A DNA stretch of 64,000 bases, from the NCBI GenBank assembly GCA_002937655.1, contig PTKH01000005.1:8781-72780 (forward strand). Reading direction: 5' to 3'. The position numbers and the translations under genes were made by a program. The notes under the pieces were generated by a model. The model was not told where the DNA came from. It worked only from the letters and a program-made list of their open reading frames with translations, and made no database searches. Shown here piece by piece: positions 57,330 to 64,000 of this stretch; the first letter of the stretch is position 1, and every line of letters starts with the position of its first letter. The stretch comes from Alphaproteobacteria bacterium MarineAlpha9_Bin3 (GTDB lineage Bacteria > Pseudomonadota > Alphaproteobacteria > TMED109).

Positions 57330-58019
57330 ATGAATAATTTAAATAAAAACACAATAATATGTTTTGTTGCACATCCAGATGATGAAGTTCTTGGCCTAGG
57401 TGGTACATTAATTAAGCATGTAAACCAAAAGGATGACGTTCATATTATTATTTTTTCATTAGGGGAAGAATCTAAAAATAGTAAAGATATTAATGCTGAA
57501 AGACGCTTAAGTAGCGCAAAGAAATGTTCAAAAATTATAGGTAGTAAAAGCTTAAAATTGTTGAATTATCCAGATCAAAAAATAGATACAGTTCCAAAGC
57601 TTGAGATAATTAAAAAAATAGAAAATATTATATATAAGTTAAAGCCTAATATTGTATATACACATCATGAAGGGGATATAAACCACGATCATCAAATAAT
57701 TAATCACGCCGTTTTGACTGCATTAAGACCTATGACTTTATTGGGACATAGATGTGAAGTTAGAACTTTTGAAACAATTTCATCTACTGAGCAATCGCCT
57801 TATATAGATAAGTATTTATTTAAACCTAATTTTTTTGTAGATATTGAATCCGAATGGGAAAAAAAAATGATAGCCATAAAGGCGTATAAAGATGAGCTAG
57901 GAGTATTTCCACATCCTAGATCTATAAAATCAATTGAGGCATTAGCTATTAAACGAGGTACAGAGTCAGGTTTAAAAAAAGCAGAAGCTTTTCGTATTAT
58001 TAGGAAAATATGGCATTAA
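57330..58019 (+). CDS. PIG-L / LmbE family de-N-acetylase
   Basis: VAHPDDEVLGLGG and HHEGDINHDH motifs. Confidence 0.8.
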   Translation: MNNLNKNTIICFVAHPDDEVLGLGGTLIKHVNQKDDVHIIIFSLGEESKNSKDINAERRLSSAKKCSKIIGSKSLKLLNYPDQKIDTVPKLEIIKKIENIIYKLKPNIVYTHHEGDINHDHQIINHAVLTALRPMTLLGHRCEVRTFETISSTEQSPYIDKYLFKPNFFVDIESEWEKKMIAIKAYKDELGVFPHPRSIKSIEALAIKRGTESGLKKAEAFRIIRKIWH

Positions 58020-58025
58020 AAAATA

Positions 58026-59822
58026 ATGTTTAAATTCAAACAAAAACATATTCATATTATTAATTTTTTACAAATATCTAAAGATTTAAAATTAGTTTCA
58101 TTACAGCGTTTTATATTTTTAGTATCTATTATAATTTTTGTAATGTTATTTGATGCTCTAAGTATTATTTCTATAATGCCATTGGTTCAATTTATTCAAG
58201 TAGGACAGAATATTGATGCATTTATTGATACGGCAGGTTATGGAAAGCAGTTAGTAGCTGTTTATAATTTTTTTTCAATTAAATTTAATTTAATTAGTTT
58301 ATCTATAATTTTATTATTGTTTATAGTGCTGAGGCAATTTATTAATATATTTGAAATACAAGAAACAGAAAGAACTAGATTAAGTATTGCCAAAAATTTA
58401 TCTATTAATTGTTTTTCCAAAATTATGCAGGCGAAGGCTGATTATATTAGAAACATAAAGCAGGGTCAATTCACAGTAATTTGTGAGAGTGAATGTAGTA
58501 GAGCTAGTCTTGTATATAAAGGAATTCTTCAGTTTATTAGTACATTATTTCAAATAGGAGCTTACGCTGTAGTAATGTTTTATGTAGCGCCGCTTATGAC
58601 GTTACTAGCAGTTTTAGTAATTATGATTCTTATTATATCAATGTATACATTTGTAAAGAGGTCTCATAGGGCAGGACAAATGGTGGTTAACGTGAGACAG
58701 AAGTTTTACAATTTTATTAGTGAGAATTTTTCAATATGGAGATTATTTAAATTTGGAGGATCCATAAAAAATGAACTTAATAAGGTAGAGTTGTTAGCAG
58801 ATTCATATGCAAATAAACAATTATCTATTATTAAATATAATAATTTATCTCGTTTTATAATTGCTATTGTTGCGATGTTTTTATGTGTAGTTTTCTTAAA
58901 TTTATCGGTAAATTATTTTAATTTTGACTTTAGTAAGATAACTTTATTCGCGTTAATATTTATTAGAATGATACCTCTAGGCCAGAGGTTAAATGGTATT
59001 ATTAATTCTATAGTTTCATGGGCACCTTCGTTAACTATTATTAAGAATACATTGGATGAAGCTGATAAGCATAAAGAAGAGTTGAATGTTGGTTCTGAGT
59101 TTAAAACTTCTAAGGCGGAAATAAAATTTCAAAATGTTAGTTTTAGTTATAGGACATCAAAAGATAAAATTATTTTGAATAATATAAATTTAACTATACC
59201 GTCTAATAAAATTACGGCAATTGTAGGAAGATCTGGTGCAGGTAAATCAACATTAATTGACTTGCTTCCTAGAATTATATCTCCTAATAACGGTTCTATT
59301 TATATCAATGATATTGATATTAAAGATTTTTCTTTATCTTCTTATAGAAATAATATTTCATTTGTATCACAAGATAATATTTTATTTGATGGTAGTATCA
59401 AGGAAAACATTGGATATTATAATCAAGATGCTAAATTTTCAGAAATCAAGCAGGCTAGCATCTTATCTGGAGCAAATGATTTTATTAAAACATTACCAAG
59501 TCAATATGATTATAATATTGGGGAAAAAGGACAAAAACTCTCAGGGGGACAAAAGCAAAGGTTAATTCTTGCAAGAGCGTTTTTAACAAAATCAAGAATT
59601 TTAATTTTAGATGAAGCAACTAGCGCTCTTGATCATTTATCAGAATTACATATAAAAAAATCTATAAAAGAATTTTTGAAAGTAAATAATTCCACTATTA
59701 TTATAATTGCTCATAGACATACTACGATAGAAAATGCAGATTATGTAGTCTATTTGGATAAAGGCGAAATTAAGGATACAGGAAAGCCTGAATATATATT
59801 TAATAAATATTATTCAGCATAA
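58026..59822 (+). CDS. fused TMD-NBD ABC exporter (MsbA/PglK type)
   Basis: Six predicted TM helices, then GRSGAGKST, LSGGQKQR and ILILDEATSALD. Confidence 0.85.
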   Translation: MFKFKQKHIHIINFLQISKDLKLVSLQRFIFLVSIIIFVMLFDALSIISIMPLVQFIQVGQNIDAFIDTAGYGKQLVAVYNFFSIKFNLISLSIILLLFIVLRQFINIFEIQETERTRLSIAKNLSINCFSKIMQAKADYIRNIKQGQFTVICESECSRASLVYKGILQFISTLFQIGAYAVVMFYVAPLMTLLAVLVIMILIISMYTFVKRSHRAGQMVVNVRQKFYNFISENFSIWRLFKFGGSIKNELNKVELLADSYANKQLSIIKYNNLSRFIIAIVAMFLCVVFLNLSVNYFNFDFSKITLFALIFIRMIPLGQRLNGIINSIVSWAPSLTIIKNTLDEADKHKEELNVGSEFKTSKAEIKFQNVSFSYRTSKDKIILNNINLTIPSNKITAIVGRSGAGKSTLIDLLPRIISPNNGSIYINDIDIKDFSLSSYRNNISFVSQDNILFDGSIKENIGYYNQDAKFSEIKQASILSGANDFIKTLPSQYDYNIGEKGQKLSGGQKQRLILARAFLTKSRILILDEATSALDHLSELHIKKSIKEFLKVNNSTIIIIAHRHTTIENADYVVYLDKGEIKDTGKPEYIFNKYYSA

Positions 59823-59847
59823 CATTAAATTATAAAGGAAATATGAA

Positions 59848-60846
59848 TTGATTTTAAATAAAAAAAATATATTGATTACTGGCGGAACTGGTTCTTTTGG
59901 AAAAAAATTTATTGATATGGTTTTAAAAAAATATAAACCTAATAAATTGATTATTTTCAGTCGAGATGAGCAAAAGCAATATGAAATGGCTCAAAATATT
60001 TCAGAAAAAAAATATCCAAATATTCGTTATTTTATTGGAGATGTGAGAGACAAAAATAGGCTATATAGAGCTTGTGCAGATATAGACTATATTATTCATG
60101 CTGCGGCAATGAAGCATGTAACTTCTTCTGAGTATAATCCTACGGAATGTATTGATACTAATATTCACGGGGCCCAAAATGTTATTGATGCAGCTATAAA
60201 TAATAACGTAAATAAAGTAATAGCACTTTCTACAGACAAAGCAGCAAGTCCTATAAATTTATATGGAGCAACTAAGTTATGTTCTGATAAGTTGTTTATT
60301 GCTGCAAATAATTTATCAGGAAAACATCAAACTCGTTTTTCAGTTGTTAGATATGGAAATGTAATTAATTCCAGAGGAAGTGTAATACCTCATTTTAGAA
60401 AGTTATTACAAGAAGGTGCAAAGAAACTTCCTATAACAGATATTAACATGACCAGATTTGTAATAAAACTGGATCAAGGTGTAGATTTTGTTTTAAAAGC
60501 ATTATTTAACATGAGTGGAGGAGAAATTTTTGTACCTAAAATACCTAGTATTAATATTTTAGATTTAGTTACATGTATGGCTGGTGAAGGTCAATATGAA
60601 GTTATAGGAATTAGGCCGGGTGAAAAATTGCATGAAGTTATGATTCCTAGAGAAGAATCTTTAAATTGTATTGATATGGAGGAATATTACATTATTCAGC
60701 CAATGTTTTCCTGGTGGAACACTGACAAACTAAAAAAATCTATTGGTAATAAAGGTAAAGCTGTTTCAAGGTCTTTTGAATATTCAAGTCATACTAATAA
60801 AAATTTTTTATCCTTAAAAAGTATAAGAAATATCGTATTAAAGTAA
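59848..60846 (+). CDS. pseB: UDP-N-acetylglucosamine 4,6-dehydratase (inverting)
   Basis: TTG start. ITGGTGSFGK, FSRDEQKQ and YGATKLCSDK; 332 aa, colinear with PseB/FlaA1. Confidence 0.85.
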   Translation: MILNKKNILITGGTGSFGKKFIDMVLKKYKPNKLIIFSRDEQKQYEMAQNISEKKYPNIRYFIGDVRDKNRLYRACADIDYIIHAAAMKHVTSSEYNPTECIDTNIHGAQNVIDAAINNNVNKVIALSTDKAASPINLYGATKLCSDKLFIAANNLSGKHQTRFSVVRYGNVINSRGSVIPHFRKLLQEGAKKLPITDINMTRFVIKLDQGVDFVLKALFNMSGGEIFVPKIPSINILDLVTCMAGEGQYEVIGIRPGEKLHEVMIPREESLNCIDMEEYYIIQPMFSWWNTDKLKKSIGNKGKAVSRSFEYSSHTNKNFLSLKSIRNIVLK

Positions 60847-60871
60847 TAATTTGTATGGTTAATATTAATTA

Positions 60872-61855
60872 ATGTTAAAGTTAGGAATTAGAGTTTCCAC
60901 GGAAGGTAGCTCAGGAAGAGGTCACTTTCATAGATGTTTAAATATTAGGCGTTATATAAACGAAAAAGTTTATTGGTTTGTAGATGAGCAATCTTCTTTT
61001 ATTAAAAATAGAATCCCTAATTTTGATTACTTATTTGTTGAGAAAGATAGAAATAATTTTTTAACTTTAAGAAAATATATTCAAAAAAGTCATATAAATT
61101 GTGTTTTGATTGATAGTTATCATATTAATGTTACTGATTTTTATAATATAAATTTAAATGTTCCAATTATAGCTTTGATTGACAAAAATATCAGAATAAA
61201 AGCTGATCTCGTAGTGAGTCCACAGCCGATAGATATAGAATTACAAAATGATGTTAAATATCTTTGTGGCCCAAAATATTCGCCAATTAACTCTATATTT
61301 TTTAATAAAGACAAAAAAGAATTTTTTAAAAATAAAATTCTGATTTCTTTTGGCGCTTATGACAATAATAGAATTTCAATAAATGTTGTGAAAGCTATCA
61401 AAAATATTCTTTCATCTAATTCATGGAAATTAGATGTTGTAATTTTACTTGGTAAGGATTCTTTAATCATCAACGAGATTAGAACCCTAATAAAAAATTT
61501 TAAAAATTTTCAATTAATAATAGAACCAAAAAATATTGAAAACATATATAATGAATGTAATATAGCCTTAGGGGCACCAGGATTATCATATATGGAAAGA
61601 TTAGCTTCAGGTTTACCTAATATATTAATACCACAAAATAATATTCACATAGACTTAATAGATAAATGGGTAAAGTTAGGTTGTGCGATAAAAGCTGAAA
61701 ATTCTATAAGGTCAATTCAAGATAGCTTAAATTTACTTATTTTAGATAATACTTTAAAAAATAAGCTAATTAAAACCGGTCATAAATTTATAGATGGAAA
61801 AGGAGGAATTAGAATAGCAAAAGAAATAAAAAAGTTGGTAAATTTTTATGATTAA
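60872..61855 (+). CDS. pseG: UDP-2,4-diacetamido-2,4,6-trideoxy-beta-L-altropyranose hydrolase-like GT-B protein
   Basis: IRVSTEGSSGRGHFHRCL N-terminus matches the PseG R-x-D/E-x4-G-x-GH-x-x-R pattern. Positioned between pseB and pseC. Confidence 0.65.
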   Translation: MLKLGIRVSTEGSSGRGHFHRCLNIRRYINEKVYWFVDEQSSFIKNRIPNFDYLFVEKDRNNFLTLRKYIQKSHINCVLIDSYHINVTDFYNINLNVPIIALIDKNIRIKADLVVSPQPIDIELQNDVKYLCGPKYSPINSIFFNKDKKEFFKNKILISFGAYDNNRISINVVKAIKNILSSNSWKLDVVILLGKDSLIINEIRTLIKNFKNFQLIIEPKNIENIYNECNIALGAPGLSYMERLASGLPNILIPQNNIHIDLIDKWVKLGCAIKAENSIRSIQDSLNLLILDNTLKNKLIKTGHKFIDGKGGIRIAKEIKKLVNFYD

Positions 61856-63023
61856 ATTTCCATATTCTAGGCCTGAAATTTTAAATTCAGATAAAGAAGC
61901 TGTATTAGAAGTACTTAATAAAGGGTATTTAACACAAGGTGAAAAATTATTAGAATTTGAGGATAAATTACAAAGTACTTTTAAATGTAAAAATGTTATA
62001 GCATGTAATTCCGGAACTGCTGCTTTACATTTATTATACTTAGCACTAGGTTTAGGCCCAGATGATGGCCTACTAACTACTTCCATAACTTTTTTGGCAA
62101 CTGCAAGTGCGGCTAAGATGTGTGATGCTCCTGTAATACTTGCAGATGTAGACCCAATATCAGGTTTATTAACACCTGAAAATGTTGAAAAGGCGATAAT
62201 TAAATCAAAAGTTAAAATTAAAGTAATTACTGTAGTTCATTTAGCAGGTAAAATTTGCAATATGGAGGGTATAGCAGAAGTGGCTAAAAAATATGGATGC
62301 ATGATAGTGGAAGATGCGTGTCATGCCCCAGGAGGAGAATATATAAATAGCAAGAATAAACATTATGTTGTTGGAAGCTGCAAATATAGTGTCGCTTCTA
62401 CGTTTAGTTTTCATGCAATTAAACATATATCAATGGGTGAAGGAGGTTGTGTGACAACTAATGATAAAATTATTGCTAATAAAATTCGTCGCAAAAGAAA
62501 TCACAGCATGATTAAAGAAAAAAATAAATTTAGTATTAGGTTTGAAGACGCAAGACCTTGGTATTATGAAATGCAAGAATTAGGTTGGAATTATAGGTTA
62601 GATGAAATGTCGTCTGCATTAGGTATTAGCCAGCTTAAAAGATTATATTCAGGAATTGAAAAGAGAAAAAAACTAGCTGCAACATATTGTAATGAATTAA
62701 AAAGCTTAAAAGATTTTATACTGCCAGCTAAGCAATCTACTATAGATAATAGTGTTTGGCATTTGTATTCTGTTTTAATAGATTTTAATAAGATTGGAAT
62801 GTCTCGTGGAGATTTTATGAACAAGCTTTATGATATTGGTATTGGCACGCAAGTTCATTATATTCCATTATTTTATCAACCTTTTTTTAAAGAAGATCCT
62901 AAAAATTATCCAGGAGCTGTATCTTATTATAATTCAACTTTGAGTTTACCTATGTATGTAAGTTTAACTAATAAAGATATAAATTTTATCTCAGATTGTA
63001 TTAAAAATATAATTGATGAATAA
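61848..63023 (+). CDS. pseC: DegT/DnrJ/EryC1-type PLP aminotransferase (UDP-4-amino-4,6-dideoxy-AltNAc transaminase)
   Basis: FSFHAIKHISMGEGG PLP-lysine motif; 391 aa. Overlaps pseG by 8 nt. Confidence 0.8.
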   Translation: MIKFPYSRPEILNSDKEAVLEVLNKGYLTQGEKLLEFEDKLQSTFKCKNVIACNSGTAALHLLYLALGLGPDDGLLTTSITFLATASAAKMCDAPVILADVDPISGLLTPENVEKAIIKSKVKIKVITVVHLAGKICNMEGIAEVAKKYGCMIVEDACHAPGGEYINSKNKHYVVGSCKYSVASTFSFHAIKHISMGEGGCVTTNDKIIANKIRRKRNHSMIKEKNKFSIRFEDARPWYYEMQELGWNYRLDEMSSALGISQLKRLYSGIEKRKKLAATYCNELKSLKDFILPAKQSTIDNSVWHLYSVLIDFNKIGMSRGDFMNKLYDIGIGTQVHYIPLFYQPFFKEDPKNYPGAVSYYNSTLSLPMYVSLTNKDINFISDCIKNIIDE

Positions 63024-64000
63024 AAAAAATATAAATAACTTGTTCTATGTAGATAGTTTAGAAGGCTATAATATTGCTCTAAAACAACTAAATTCATTAC
63101 ATGATGAAATTATAACTGATAATCCTCTTTTAGCTAATACACCAAATTTAGATAAGAAAATAATTGATATTTCAAAACTTATTAAACAGAAAGATGGAAA
63201 TAAAATAGGCCAAATTATATTTTCCATGTCTAATGATATTGAAAAAATTTTTATAAAAAATAAATATAAATATAAATTTAAGTATTATACTGATAAATTA
63301 GGTTTATATTTATCTATTAAATCTATGTGTTATACCATAATTGAAAAATCATTAATATTTTCTATATTTTTCAAAAAATTTAAAATAAATAAATTCACAA
63401 TAATTATTAATAAAAGTGATTATTTTGATACTCATAACCCTTTTAATTTTCCCAGATTTTCAAATATATCAAAATTTATAGCTAAAAAGTCTTTTTTAAA
63501 TATTAACAAAATAGATATTCAAGAAATAAAAATAGAAAATTCAAAAATAATTAATAATACTGAAGAAAAAAATATTTTTTTGCGTGTATTGGTTTGGCCT
63601 ACATCCTATATAATTTTTCGTTTAATATATTTTATAAATATTACTTTTATAAAAAAAGATATTATTTTTTATGGTAAAAAATGTGAGTCATTAAATGAAA
63701 CTCTAGCTTGGCTATTTTTTAAAGGCTTCAAGACAAAAGCGATTACATTTCCAAAGTTAGGTATATATAAAAAAAAAATGAACAAAAAATTAGAAAATAT
63801 TCTTGTTAATGATTTAAGCTCTACTATATCGAAGCATTTAAGTTTTTTACCCTTTTCCAAATCGCAAATTAATATTCAAAAAAATATGATTTTAGATCAT
63901 ATTTATATGGGTATGGATAGATTACAGTCAGAAACAAAAGTATATGAGAATTTTTTTTTAAAAAACAAGATAAAATATCTAATTTCATCAAGTTTTTATG
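63016..64000 (+). CDS. hypothetical protein, 3'-truncated by the window edge (absent from the supplied ORF track)
   Basis: Hand translation from ATG 63016 (MNKKNINNLFYVDSLEGYNIALKQL...) stays open for 328 codons to base 64000. The start overlaps the pseC stop by 8 nt. Confidence 0.6.
   Translation, partial: MNKKNINNLFYVDSLEGYNIALKQLNSLHDEIITDNPLLANTPNLDKKIIDISKLIKQKDGNKIGQIIFSMSNDIEKIFIKNKYKYKFKYYTDKLGLYLSIKSMCYTIIEKSLIFSIFFKKFKINKFTIIINKSDYFDTHNPFNFPRFSNISKFIAKKSFLNINKIDIQEIKIENSKIINNTEEKNIFLRVLVWPTSYIIFRLIYFINITFIKKDIIFYGKKCESLNETLAWLFFKGFKTKAITFPKLGIYKKKMNKKLENILVNDLSSTISKHLSFLPFSKSQINIQKNMILDHIYMGMDRLQSETKVYENFFLKNKIKYLISSSFY

Noticed and set aside
62843-62858. Sigma-54-like TGGCACGCAAGTTCAT inside pseC, 170 nt upstream of the ORF at 63016
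   Set aside because: The -24 GG element is good, but the -12 element reads TTCA instead of TTGC. The site is also intragenic in a tightly coupled operon, so it is most likely a chance match.
26646-64000. Search for an attR-like direct repeat of the tRNA-Ser 3' end, an integrase, a transposase, IS ends or a CRISPR array that would define a classical genomic island
   Set aside because: None was found on either strand within the window. The variable region therefore looks like a recombination-exchanged cassette rather than an integrative element. The right-hand border lies beyond the window.

Overview
Very AT-rich, extremely compact bacterial window: spacers are mostly 0-30 nt and many start/stop codons overlap. 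Gene content and synteny (tsaE-amgK-murU, an NDUFA9-like gene, kdsD-lptCAB-rpoN-ptsN, ahcY) point to a streamlined marine alphaproteobacterium of the Pelagibacterales/SAR11 type. That assignment is inference only; no search was run. Bases 1-26650 are core genes: accD (partial), folC, trxA, sbcB, murU/amgK/tsaE, ahcY, ptsN, rpoN, lptBAC, kdsD, an RNase D-like gene, uppP, GST, MscS, queG, two LPS-core-type glycosyltransferases and infC-rpmI-rplT-pheS-pheT. This block ends with tRNA-Ser(GGA). From the tRNA to the window end (>37 kb) lies a cell-surface glycan island with no integrase or transposase, interrupted only by lepA. The island holds: a CDP-alcohol phosphotransferase, a membrane-anchored PQQ-type sugar dehydrogenase-like protein, a GT2-like gene plus an AsnB-like gene, UDP-sugar dehydrogenase/decarboxylase, a CDP/dTDP-6-deoxyhexose set, a neuB/neuC/neuA-type nonulosonic-acid set, an ACP/FkbH-like acyl module, a WbuXYZ-like acetamidino module (HisH/HisF paralogues plus two tandem amidotransferases), and a pseB-pseG-pseC set with an ABC exporter. 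Main hunt result: an apparently self-contained regulatory layer for the island. It consists of a wHTH regulator and an RfaH-like NusG paralogue at the head of one operon, a ~37-nt promoter/operator cassette (TTGACG overlapping the palindrome GTTCAT-N3-ATGAAC) duplicated in front of two operons 9 kb apart, and a perfect enterobacterial-type ops element (GGCGGTAGCGTG) in the long leader of the second operon. Other sequence-level oddities: PtsN has Asn at the position of the phospho-accepting His, infC has a non-canonical ATA start, and a truncated APS-kinase remnant sits at the tRNA border. No rRNA, CRISPR array or mobile element was seen.
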